Shown: positions 1 to 9,920, counted from the stretch's first letter. The stretch is 49,306 nucleotides of DNA from an uncultured Methanosarcinales archaeon (GCA_964520335.1 CAZFNE010000001.1:1-49306); one strand, 5' to 3'. The notes: a model not told the origin generated them from the sequence alone. Program-made: numbers and translations.

Positions 1-52
1 GAGTCTTCGGCTCGAAAGGCCGGAATGATTGGCCGAGCTACACCACCGGAGC
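1..52 (-). tRNA. tRNA-Glu (anticodon TTC), 3' part cut off by the window edge
   Basis: Reverse complement reads GCTCCGGTGGTGTAGCTCGGCCAATCATTCCGGCCTTTCGAGCCGAAGACTC: acceptor 5' strand, D-arm, and anticodon stem CGGC/GCCG around the loop CTTTCGA. Confidence 0.93.
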
Positions 53-110
53 TTCTGTATTTATTCGGATTCCCCTTATTGAAGGGGTTCTTCAATAAGG
101 TTTTTATGCA

Positions 111-122
111 TATATAGTTGTC
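111..122 (-). promoter_or_regulatory. Probable BRE/TATA box of the tRNA-Glu promoter
   Basis: Minus strand reads gacaacTATATA about 60 nt upstream of the mature tRNA 5' end. Confidence 0.5.
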
Positions 123-189
123 GGCTAGCAACCCTTCAAAATATATTATTATAATCCTTCGAACTTTTTATATACCTTTTGGAGCTTTC

Positions 190-597
190 TCAAATTTCCT
201 CTTCTAATTCTTCCTCTTTATTCAGATCTTCATCCATAAGTTCGGCATCTTCGGATTTTTCCTCAGTTTCTCCAACCATAAGGTTCCCGATCCATTCGCT
301 GAGTCTCCCGCAATATTCAGGCTGACAATCTCCTGTACAGCCTGTACAGGCTGAAAATAAATCTCTTGAAAGTAAGAGGTCATATTTTTCTTTAACCTCT
401 TCCTTTGCCTTCAAAAGATAAGTTCTAGCCCCATTTGAGACGCCAACTTCCCGGATAATGAGGTCTTTATCCAGAAGTTTCTTTATAATTCTGGAACATT
501 TTCGGCTATCGATATCCAGTTCTTTCCAAATAACGTTCTGGAAAACGCCGTCTTTATGTCTTCTTATTATATTGTATGCTTCTTCTTCAAGATCCAT
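190..597 (-). CDS. Winged-helix protein with C-terminal 4-Cys cluster, RPC34/TFE-beta-like
   Basis: N-terminal wHTH (GVFQNVIWKELDIDSRKCSRIIKKL), C-terminal CTGCTGDCQPEYCGRLSEW, acidic tail; lies directly downstream of the Lsm gene. Confidence 0.7.
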   Translation of the reverse strand: MDLEEEAYNIIRRHKDGVFQNVIWKELDIDSRKCSRIIKKLLDKDLIIREVGVSNGARTYLLKAKEEVKEKYDLLLSRDLFSACTGCTGDCQPEYCGRLSEWIGNLMVGETEEKSEDAELMDEDLNKEEELEEEI

Positions 598-628
598 GTT
601 TTCACACTAAGAATTTCCTTACGAAGTC

Positions 629-853
629 TCAGTCTTCTACAGGAGTTATCAGTATAATATTATTTCCCCGAAGTACTACAGAACCAAGGGAGCGCACTTT
701 TTCCCCTTTTACTATCTCCATGGTATCTACGAGATGAAGATTCATGTAGTCATCCACACTTTTTAGGGTACCTTCAAGCAGATTTAGATCGCCTTTCATT
801 TCTACCTGGATCCTTGATCCGACAATTTTCTGAACCTTTTTATTTGGGAACAA
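629..853 (-). CDS. Sm-like (Lsm/SmAP) RNA-binding protein
   Basis: Sm1 motif GTLKSVDDYMNLHL and Sm2 motif LGSVVLRGNNI; TTG start behind GAGGG. Confidence 0.95.
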   Translation of the reverse strand: MFPNKKVQKIVGSRIQVEMKGDLNLLEGTLKSVDDYMNLHLVDTMEIVKGEKVRSLGSVVLRGNNIILITPVED

Positions 854-1632
854 ATTTAAACCCTCGCTGAGTTATCTGGATTTTTAGTGCCCCGTAATCC
901 TGGGCCTTTAACTTTTTATTCCAAGCCGGCGCAGGGCAAACCTAATGAGAGCGATATCCATATGTAGTCAGCATTACCTTATCAGTTACTTCTGCCAGCA
1001 ACTGAGAAATATCCTGAATCTTCACTCCACCGGCTTTTAAGAAAACTGAAAATTACATAACCCTTTACAGAGATATATAACCATCGATGTCCAGAGTTCT
1101 TATAGATTTCTAAACAAAATATTCTACTAACTATCGAATAAATTATTTAAACACAAAGTCATTAAGGTAAGTTTATATTTAAGCTATTAAAAGGAAAACT
1201 TATTTCTTTTAAAAGGATTTAATGCCATGTTTTAAAATATTTAGCCTGCATTTTAATGATTAAAAAATATAAGTAGAGCTCAAAGACCAAACTCGAGCCT
1301 TAGATTTATGTCCTTATTTAACGAATGCTTTATATATATAATTATACCTTGTTCTTATTGAATCTCTTCCTTACTTTGTGTTTGGAAAAAAGGATACCTT
1401 TAAGGCAAAATTCATTTTTATTTCTTTAGGCTCAGAAATTTTAGTTTGATCTTATGTTCTATCCAGAAGACACACAAAAAAAATCAGAGGAAAAGATCAG
1501 TTATTTTAGACTCTTTTTTACATGGTCACTGTTTTTCCTAACATAACCTGAAAAACAGTATACAAACAATAAATACAAGAGATATATAAAAAAACTTCAA
1601 CAGAAATGTTTGTGAAGAAAAAAGTGATCCAT

Positions 1633-2124
1633 ATGCCTGAAGACAAGGAAACTACTCCATAGGATAAAAAATGTGAAGTCGTATGTCAGAACCCTGAATG
1701 CGAATATTACCTTAAAAAAGAAGGAAAAGCCATAGTAAAACGGGGGAAATACAAAACAGGCCACCAGAGATACCATTGCAAGCACTGCTGTAAATTTTTT
1801 ATGGAAACTGTAGGCACATCCGTGTACCGCAAACATTTACCCAAGGAAGAAATAAGACTAATATACCGCCTTTTTCTTGAAAAAAATGGTATTAGAAGCA
1901 TTGAGCGAATAACAGGCCATCACAGGGATACAATACGCAAACTTCTGGCAGGTACTCAAAAAAATGAAAAAACCGAAGACTATCTCATTAATGAAATAGG
2001 GCTAAGTGCTGAAGAATGCAAAAAGTTGTGGAAACTTTTAGAGAAAAAAAGGCGTGAGGCTCAAAAACTATCAGAAGCAGGTTCTATAAAGGTAGCTTCG
2101 TATAAAAATAACAGTACAAAATAA
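1633..2124 (+). CDS. IS1 InsA-like Zn-ribbon + HTH protein with in-frame TAG at codon 10 (pyrrolysine readthrough or pseudogene)
   Basis: ATG at 1633 behind GTGAT is in frame with track ORF 1801..2124; translation MPEDKETTP*DKKCEVVCQNPEC...GHQRYHCKHCCKFF...GIRSIERITGHHRDTI. Confidence 0.75.
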
Positions 2125-2222
2125 ACACACAGGATAATTAAGAATAAAAATAAAGAATGAGGATTTTTCAAACATTGAAAAACAGAATTGACTTAAAGTT
2201 AACCAAACTTAATTGGATATAG

Positions 2223-2247
2223 CCTGCACCCCGAGATTATGTGCAGG
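2223..2247. terminator. Hairpin between convergent genes
   Basis: CCTGCAC...GTGCAGG inverted repeat, with a T-run shortly downstream. Confidence 0.4.
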
Positions 2248-2279
2248 ATACAGGTCAAGTTTTTTAATTTGAATGAAAG

Positions 2280-2678
2280 TTAGATATAACCCTGGATATT
2301 CGTACTTTCGTCAACAGATTTAGCAGCTTCTTTTTTAGGTCTGGGAATAGCTCTTGCAATTGGCCCGAAGACAGACTCATATTCATTTATATGCTGCGTC
2401 AGCCATCTGTTAAGTTCAAGCGCAGCCACAGGGGAGAGTATTACTTCAGCTTCTACTCTTCTTTCAATAACTCTGGCCTCGGAGGCGTCTCCGAAGATTT
2501 TTGGGGTATCGTTGTAAAACCCTATCCTGAAATCATACGGGCTGTGCCCGCCTGCAGCCCCGATAGCGTATATTTGCTTGAAGTTTTCGGGTTTTATGAA
2601 TTCAATTGTAATGCTTTTTTTGCCTTTTTTAAGAGCTGTGCCTTCAAGATTTTCCCTGGACTCAAGATCCTCGGTCAT
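2280..2678 (-). CDS. DUF3467-like protein
   Basis: IYAIGAAGGHSPYDFRIGF...VILSPVAALELNRWLTQHINEYESVFGPI pattern. Confidence 0.7.
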   Translation of the reverse strand: MTEDLESRENLEGTALKKGKKSITIEFIKPENFKQIYAIGAAGGHSPYDFRIGFYNDTPKIFGDASEARVIERRVEAEVILSPVAALELNRWLTQHINEYESVFGPIARAIPRPKKEAAKSVDESTNIQGYI

Positions 2679-3075
2679 GTATTTCCCTCTGTATTCCTTA
2701 TCGGAACCTGCCTTGGTTTCTTTACTTGATTCTAAAAAATCATTTTCGGGTTGAGCTGGTTTTAATTATCTTTAATCTATTAGCCTGACTACAAGAGCTT
2801 ATCTTATGTAAGTAATTAATTCTCAACCTTAGAGACATATTGTATAGAACCTTATTTAAGATCTTTAAAAAGAGTAAACTATGTAAATATTTCCCTTGTC
2901 AATTTTTGTTATTTAGAACTTCTTAATTAAAATTTTTCTGATTATAAGGCCTTTATTCATTATCTATTTGGGAAAAACTCGAAAAATGGATGAAAAACAC
3001 AAAAATAAAACCGATTAAAAAGAGATAATTTAAGTAAGCGTATTAAGAGATCTTTTAAGCTTAAAACTCTAAAGT

Positions 3076-3152
3076 GTAAAGTAGTGATTTACTACTTTAC
3101 TTCAAAATTTTTTAGTTAGCGCTTTTTAAGTATACAGGCAAATCTTTGCCTG
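3076..3152 (-). terminator. Two perfect inverted repeats downstream of the beta-propeller gene
   Basis: GTAAAGTAGT/ACTACTTTAC (3076-3100) and CAGGCAAA/TTTGCCTG (3135-3152). Confidence 0.45.
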
Positions 3153-3157
3153 AAACT

Positions 3158-4174
3158 TCATTTGCACTGAAGCCCGTTTGATCTTGACTTTAGTGTGGAA
3201 AGGTAAATTCCAGTGTCGTTGGTATTACTGAGGCTGGAATCTATTCCCCAAACAACTATTTTGCCGTATATGTCAGGGGTTGTATAAACCTGCTCCGGAT
3301 ATTTATATATCAGTGTACTTTTTGCTGAAGAGATATCATAGATGTAAACGCCTGCATTTCCAAACCTGTCATTACTGGATTTTGAGTATACTATTTTATC
3401 CTCATTTATACGGGCGTGAGTTCCGGTGTCTGCTCCAGCATCTGGATTGTCAGGATCTCCACTAAAGGTATTATCGCTTGTGACATCTATTGTCTTTTCA
3501 GTAACAAGGTCATACATCTGGATAAATCCAAGTCTTGTGTAGAGGTTTGACCAGATAACTTTATTGCCGTATATATGTGGATTAAAAAGCTGGCTGCCAG
3601 ACTGGATATTTATGGCTTTTTTCGTATTGATGTCATAAACAATTATATTCCGGCCTTCATCATCCTCATAACCATAAGTTACCTTGGAATCGTATATATC
3701 AGGGCTGTTTCCTGCTGCAATTCTAGTCTGCTTAGATGTAGAGATATCCTGCATATATACATTATAATTGTAATTAGAAGAATTGTAATTAGCACTCCAT
3801 ACGATTCTGTTTCCATAAATAGCAGGAATGCTCGTATCGTCTACATTTTTAGTTATATAAGAACTTGTACCTGAAGAGATATCGTAAACAGTAAGTCTCG
3901 GAGTTCCGCTGATTCCATCACGCCATACTAATTTATTTTCATAAATAGCAGGATAATTTGCCGAGGCCGAACTTATTTTGGTATCTTTTTTTGTAATTAT
4001 ATTGTATAAATGAATACTACCAGAATTATCTGACCAGGTAACCTTACTATCATAGATAGCAGGATCGCGCCCTTCTCCGATTTTTATAACCTGCGCGGCT
4101 GAGACTACAGTGCTTAAGCCTACAAGGCAGATTAAAACAATTGCTGCGAATAGAATTCTACCTTTTATTTTTAT
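3158..4174 (-). CDS. Secreted cell-surface beta-propeller repeat protein (about 338 aa); natural start appears to be ATA
   Basis: Frame stays open 140 codons upstream of the track ATG (3754): IKIKGRILFAAIVLICLVGLSTVVSAAQ signal peptide, then repeated P(A/D/H)IY(D/E/G)xK(V/I)(V/T)W units; GGGGG RBS at 4176-4180. Confidence 0.85.
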   Translation of the reverse strand: MKIKGRILFAAIVLICLVGLSTVVSAAQVIKIGEGRDPAIYDSKVTWSDNSGSIHLYNIITKKDTKISSASANYPAIYENKLVWRDGISGTPRLTVYDISSGTSSYITKNVDDTSIPAIYGNRIVWSANYNSSNYNYNVYMQDISTSKQTRIAAGNSPDIYDSKVTYGYEDDEGRNIIVYDINTKKAINIQSGSQLFNPHIYGNKVIWSNLYTRLGFIQMYDLVTEKTIDVTSDNTFSGDPDNPDAGADTGTHARINEDKIVYSKSSNDRFGNAGVYIYDISSAKSTLIYKYPEQVYTTPDIYGKIVVWGIDSSLSNTNDTGIYLSTLKSRSNGLQCK

Positions 4175-4650
4175 TCCCCCTTAGTTCTCCATAAAAGCTA
4201 AATATTTCGTTAAGACTCCCTCTCAAAACTTTACAATATATTCCTGAATAGAGCTTAAAAATTGACGAGGTCTTTTTGATTAATTATTTAATAATTAGAT
4301 TAATAGAAAAACATGAGAATATATAATCATTTAGGCAAAATATATTCTATTCTTAATTACTAATTTTACTTATCGTAATAGGGCATGAAGTCTAAAATCT
4401 TTGCTAACATTTTTATATAAAATTTTTTTTCTAGAGTATTTATATAAAAACTTATTTTCTTCAGCCCTTTATAATAGTTTATCCGAGTTAATTAAGTAAG
4501 AATGTGAGTAAGGATGTTAGGTAAGTATGACCATGTTCATTCAATCGTAATTTATAAGAAATAGGAGCTTACGGATAAAATTTTACTAAATTTGTCTGCT
4601 ATTAAAGAATTAATCATTTTCTAGATAGAGCCGCTTTTTAAAAGGAATAC

Positions 4651-6615
4651 TTAAGCTTCTTCTCCCAATTCTCTTAATTCTTGAATTCTTAACTGCACCG
4701 TATCCATTGCAGTTTCAAAAAGCTGGCTGTTAATTTCTATTCCAAAATAGTTCTTAAGCTTTTCACCTGGAGTTATTGTAGATCCCACAGAAAGGTAAGA
4801 AAGGTAATTTTTATTAAATGCAACTGGGTCTGCTTTATACTGCTTAAAAAGAGCCAGGGCTATTGCCTGTGAGACTGCATAATTAAAAGTATAGTAGTTA
4901 TCTATCAGGTAAATATGATTTATATATGTCCATTCTGCTGAGTTTTCAGGATAATATTCAACAGATTCGCTCCTGTATTCTCTGGAGAGTTCAGTCCAGA
5001 GGGCGTTCAAATCAGCTCCTGTAATAGTCTCGTTTTTAGCAGCCTTGTCTGCACATAATTTATGAGCTTTATACTCGAATTCCGTAATTAAAGGCTGTCT
5101 CGTAAAAAGATTCTCATAATCAGATATATGCTGGGAGAGCACTGTAATTGCTGTCTTCCTATCCGTATTTTCAAGGATATAATCAACCAGCAACTCTTCA
5201 TTAAAAGTGGACGCAACTTCCATTTCGTAAGTTGGGCCTGAACAGTAAAGGTAATCTACAGAATTACTCATCAGATAAAAGTTGATGGCATGTCCCAATT
5301 CATGGGTAAGGGTTTTCTGGTCAATTAAAAGCCCATTGTAGTTAATGAAAATAAGAGCTGGAGTTTTCAGGGCAAAGAAGTCAGTACAATAGGCTCCGGG
5401 CTGCTTCCCTTGTTCAGGGTCTGGATAGACATCTATGAAATTGCCTGAAACGATTTTCAAAAAAATCTCATTAAAGTTTGGCCCCATTTTTACATAAGAT
5501 TTCTGGATTTCCTGCAAAGCCTCCACATAGGGGTAATTTTTTCCAGGCTCGTCTGACAGTTCCAATATAAGGTCATAAGGCTTGAGACTCTCAAGCCCCA
5601 GCATTTTTCTCCTGAACTTGTTATAAGGTTCAAAAATAGCTTTTTTTTCCTTAAAAACTGTATTCATGCCATCGATTTTTTCAGGGGTAAGATAAAAATT
5701 ATAAAGGGTAGCCTGATAAAAATCAATGTAATTCAATTCTTTTGCAACAAGGTCATCAAGCGCAGCCTTTTTTGAATAGATAGAAGCCATAACATCTGCA
5801 TTATTTATCAGATGGTAAAATCTCCTCTCATAGCATCTTCTTCTATTCTCCCGGTTCTTATCTGTTGAAAGCAGGATTGAATAAGACTGGGAATTTACTG
5901 CAAACTCCCCCCCATTTTCCAGTGTGATATTTCCAGCCATAGTGACTTCATTGGTTATTTGAGCTAGGGCTTTAGTTTCAATTTTCATTCGCTCGTTTTC
6001 AAGTTCCGCAATATACCTTGCCTGGGCTTCATTTTCTGGCCTGTGTTCTGCAAACCTCAGATAAGCAGTTTCAAAATAAGGCCTGTATAATTCAAGCCTG
6101 GACTCCTCAACAAAAAGCTCTGTCCATTCTTCCCTGCCAAGAGAGGTCAATTTCAAAGTAACAAAGGCTTTGGCTTTTTTATATTCAGTAAGGAGATCCT
6201 GAACTTGCGTAAGCAGAGATACGAAAAACTCATCATTCACATTTTTACTATGCTGGGTAGCTGCATATGTATATAAAATTTCAAGGGATTTCGCAAATAA
6301 TTTTTCAGTTTCCAGATAATTCAGTAGAACAGATCCCGAAAGATTCTCAAATTTCAAACGGAATTTGTCGTTTATCTCCCCTGGCCCTGTTTTTAAACTT
6401 TCAAGTTCTTTTAACGCCTCTTCCTTACTATTAAAAAAATATGAATCATTCCATTTTGTTGTGATTTTTTCAGGATCAAGTTTTTCAAAAGTATTTGGAT
6501 TGATTGCATTTTCAGAGAACTGCTCTGTTTTATCCGAAACATTACCTCCTGAAAAGCCTGAAGGAAATAGTAATACTGAAAAAGGCCTGAACTTTTCAAT
6601 TAAATTTTTCCCCAT
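4651..6615 (-). CDS. pepF: Oligoendopeptidase F (peptidase M3B)
   Basis: HELGH zinc motif, GKQPGAY, EVASTFNE, and W..INH.Y..YYTFNYA motifs. Confidence 0.9.
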   Translation of the reverse strand: MGKNLIEKFRPFSVLLFPSGFSGGNVSDKTEQFSENAINPNTFEKLDPEKITTKWNDSYFFNSKEEALKELESLKTGPGEINDKFRLKFENLSGSVLLNYLETEKLFAKSLEILYTYAATQHSKNVNDEFFVSLLTQVQDLLTEYKKAKAFVTLKLTSLGREEWTELFVEESRLELYRPYFETAYLRFAEHRPENEAQARYIAELENERMKIETKALAQITNEVTMAGNITLENGGEFAVNSQSYSILLSTDKNRENRRRCYERRFYHLINNADVMASIYSKKAALDDLVAKELNYIDFYQATLYNFYLTPEKIDGMNTVFKEKKAIFEPYNKFRRKMLGLESLKPYDLILELSDEPGKNYPYVEALQEIQKSYVKMGPNFNEIFLKIVSGNFIDVYPDPEQGKQPGAYCTDFFALKTPALIFINYNGLLIDQKTLTHELGHAINFYLMSNSVDYLYCSGPTYEMEVASTFNEELLVDYILENTDRKTAITVLSQHISDYENLFTRQPLITEFEYKAHKLCADKAAKNETITGADLNALWTELSREYRSESVEYYPENSAEWTYINHIYLIDNYYTFNYAVSQAIALALFKQYKADPVAFNKNYLSYLSVGSTITPGEKLKNYFGIEINSQLFETAMDTVQLRIQELRELGEEA

Positions 6616-7026
6616 ACCCTACCCCCAGGAAACGGAAAAGACATTAATGTCTAAATTTTATCTATCTATCCAAATTATCGATTGGACTACATATAATAAC
6701 AGGTATTTTGAGTAAGTAATTTTTTTCATTAAATTGTGTAAGTTATAGTAAAGAAAGATATTTTGACTCCAGGATGAATTATTCTTTAATAAAACCTGAA
6801 AATAATTTCATTAGTAACTTATAATAAAGTAAACCAGATTTTTAGCTTCATTTTTTTCAAAATAAAAGCAGGTAAGCTAATTATATTCTAATAGCTGGAT
6901 TTCTGGGAGTTTTATAGAAAGGTCCCTAATTAAAAAAACTTCCCAAAAAGGAATTAATAAACCTTTTTTAACAATTCTGGTTAAAAATAGAGAATTTTTT
7001 TGAACTCAGATAAAAACCCAGATAAA

Positions 7027-9507
7027 TTAGCCCTGGACTTTTTTCTTAAGCTTTTTTGCTTCTTCTGCTATTGCCTTTTTTGAATGCACTTTAGCTACGA
7101 GTTCTATAGCATCAAGATTCCTGACTGCATTATCAAGATACCCAAAAATATCTCCCTGATATGCAGATATCCCATACAAATCTTCAAGTTTTTTAACTAT
7201 CTGTGCAGGCTCCAGGCCTTCGGTACGCAGCTTAATTATTTTTTCAGAGAATTTTTGTTCTACGCAGCCGCAATAAGGAGAATCTTTGCATCCGCAGGTT
7301 AGAAAATCCGAAGCAAAATTTAACATAAGTTCCCGGATTTTTACATCAAGATGGGCAAGGGATTCCCCGTCAAAAATTATATCAAGGCCAGCCCCTTGAA
7401 AAACTCTTGCAGGCATATTTACGTGTAGCGAGCTTCCTATCTGGTTTGCATATTTAAAGTAAGCCGCATCAAAGAATTCAAGATTTGTAACTATATTCAG
7501 GGGATTATTTTCTGCAAGTACGGCGTCTCGAATCAGGAAGGCCTTTGAAACAGGCAGGAAATGGGCTGCAATAATTTTTCCAAAACGTGAGAGTACTATT
7601 TTATTTCCCTTCCTTTCTACAAAGCGATAGCTTTGCAAGCGAAGAACCAGTTTATCCAGATCGAAACTCCCAAACATGGAGGAATGGATTGTTCTAAGAT
7701 CCTGGATAGAAGAAGTAACAGCAATCGATGCAAGCACTTCTTCAAGCTGTTCAGCTTCCTCGTACTGGACACCTACTGAAAGCATTTCCCCCTGCAGAAG
7801 TTTAATTGCAACTTCTTCTTCGGGCTCAGATTGGGAACCTGAGTAGGTTTTTCCTGGAACAGGCATGAGTACTATAATTCCCCTGTCATGATAGTCAGGC
7901 CTCCCGGCTCTTCCGCTCATTTGCAGGAAATCCTGGACTGAAATCCAGTCTATGCCCATTGCTAGTGATTCGAAAATCACCTGGGAGGCAGGAAAATCCA
8001 CCCCCGCCGCAAGTGCGGCAGTAGTTACAACCACAGGAAGCTCACCTTTTGCGAAAAGGGTCTCAACTTTTTTCCTTTCATACTGGGAAAGCCCTGCATG
8101 ATAAGGAGCAGCTTTGATTGAAAGAGCCCCTGCTAGTTTATGGCAATTTCTGCGGGAATTTGTAAAAACAATAGTCTGTCCTCTATGCTTCTTGGAAGAA
8201 AACGTCGAATACTCGTCTTTTGCAAGCTGAGAGATCAAGTTTGTTTTCTCATTTTCTTGACAGAAAAGCAGATGCCTATCAAGGGGTACAGGCCTGTGTT
8301 CATATTTTACAAGCTGGGCATGGAGTTTTTTTGCATAAGCAGCAGGGTTTGCAACTGTTGCAGACAAGTAGATAAATTGCGCCTCTAGAGCCGCATAACG
8401 CAGCCTTCCTATTAATCCGTCCAGCCTGTGTCCCCTTTCCTGGTCTTCAAGGGTATGTACCTCATCTATAACTACAGTCCCTATTCTACCCAGAAAATCC
8501 GCATTTCCTGAGCGGAGCATATGGTCTATACCTTCATATGTCCCTACAATAATATCTGCACCGGGACTGGTATGCATTTTCACCCGCTGGGAGGTCTTTA
8601 TTAGAATTGCCCCAATTTTTATAGAAGTGGTAAGCCCAAGTTTAGAGTACCGCTCTTTAAATTGTTCATATTTCTGGTTTGCAAGCGCAACCAGAGGAAC
8701 CAGATAGAGCATTTTCCCTTTTTTATCCAGCAGGTTCTGGACGCCTGCCATTTCTCCAATCAGGGTTTTTCCAGTAGCAGTTGCAGAAACTACAAACTGA
8801 TTTTTTCCTTCTAAAAGCCCCGCTTCTATGGAAAGCGCCTGGACAGGCAGTAAAGTCTCTGATTTTTGGAGGAGCATATCCTTGAAGTTTTTTGACAGAG
8901 GGAGATTTTTAATTCTTACCTTAGCCTCTATAGGGCTTGTCCTGATAGTATCATAACGTGTAAATTCAGGATCCAGTCTCTCAGGAGTCAGCATTTTGAG
9001 AGTTTTATCGAGATCCCTGGTTTTTGCAAGAACTTTTTCGAGAAAATCAATGGACTTTTCTCCATACTGAACCCCCGCACTTCGGACTGCCCTTAAAAGT
9101 TCTTCTTTTGCGCATTCGGAGCAAATAAGCTCATTATGATATTTGATGGATTTACTGTTTACAAAATTAAAACGTCTATTAATCCAGCAATGCTTACAGA
9201 TCTTAACCCTATCCGCATCAAGCTGGAAACCTTTAAGCATTTCGATAAATGCAGCCTCATTTGAAGGATCTCCTCCCTCGGCAAGCATAATCCTGTTCGC
9301 ACTGCGTAAGAGTTCTACAAACTGTTGAGGAGGAATAAATTCTTCTTTTTTTCTGGTAGTCTGAAGCCTTATTTTATGCGGACGCGGACCTTTTTGACTG
9401 GTTTTTAAATGAAGTTCGGCCACATAAAGCGGTTGTTTTAGCCTATCCTTTATGGCCATAATTATAATTTTAGATTTTTCTGCAAAAGTGAGAACCCAGA
9501 ATGTCAT
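7027..9507 (-). CDS. DUF5814-type archaeal SF2 DEAD/DEAH-box helicase
   Basis: SATATGKT, DEVH, SAT, QMSGRAGR; C-terminal CGCKDSPYCGC. Confidence 0.92.
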   Translation of the reverse strand: MTFWVLTFAEKSKIIIMAIKDRLKQPLYVAELHLKTSQKGPRPHKIRLQTTRKKEEFIPPQQFVELLRSANRIMLAEGGDPSNEAAFIEMLKGFQLDADRVKICKHCWINRRFNFVNSKSIKYHNELICSECAKEELLRAVRSAGVQYGEKSIDFLEKVLAKTRDLDKTLKMLTPERLDPEFTRYDTIRTSPIEAKVRIKNLPLSKNFKDMLLQKSETLLPVQALSIEAGLLEGKNQFVVSATATGKTLIGEMAGVQNLLDKKGKMLYLVPLVALANQKYEQFKERYSKLGLTTSIKIGAILIKTSQRVKMHTSPGADIIVGTYEGIDHMLRSGNADFLGRIGTVVIDEVHTLEDQERGHRLDGLIGRLRYAALEAQFIYLSATVANPAAYAKKLHAQLVKYEHRPVPLDRHLLFCQENEKTNLISQLAKDEYSTFSSKKHRGQTIVFTNSRRNCHKLAGALSIKAAPYHAGLSQYERKKVETLFAKGELPVVVTTAALAAGVDFPASQVIFESLAMGIDWISVQDFLQMSGRAGRPDYHDRGIIVLMPVPGKTYSGSQSEPEEEVAIKLLQGEMLSVGVQYEEAEQLEEVLASIAVTSSIQDLRTIHSSMFGSFDLDKLVLRLQSYRFVERKGNKIVLSRFGKIIAAHFLPVSKAFLIRDAVLAENNPLNIVTNLEFFDAAYFKYANQIGSSLHVNMPARVFQGAGLDIIFDGESLAHLDVKIRELMLNFASDFLTCGCKDSPYCGCVEQKFSEKIIKLRTEGLEPAQIVKKLEDLYGISAYQGDIFGYLDNAVRNLDAIELVAKVHSKKAIAEEAKKLKKKVQG

Positions 9508-9920
9508 TGTTTATCCTTAATATAAATAGCTATACAAGCTTAATAAGGAGGTTTAAAAATCGATACTATATAACCTGCTCTTCGGCACAAGCTTTACTGG
9601 ATTTATGCTATTTAAAATCATGCGATATCCAGAATACGTCAATAGTTTTCCTTAAAATTTGCAAACCATATTACATTTTTTATGTTAGTCCTTATATACA
9701 TTACTTTCTTTAAACAAATTCACAACATATTCTACCTAGCTACCATATATTGCCATAATTATATAAATATTTTATTACTTATTTAATATATTAATTAAAT
9801 TTTTAAAAATAATATTTGGAGAAGCATTTAAATACAATTTTTTTGAATAAAGATTTCATATAGGGAACCCTTAAATTTTAACTTTGTGAAATTAAAGGTA
9901 AAAAAATCAAGAGGATTGAA

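Noticed and set aside
1500..2280. Intact IS1 element
   Set aside because: No DDE-encoding frame after the A7 run, and no terminal inverted repeats or target duplication found
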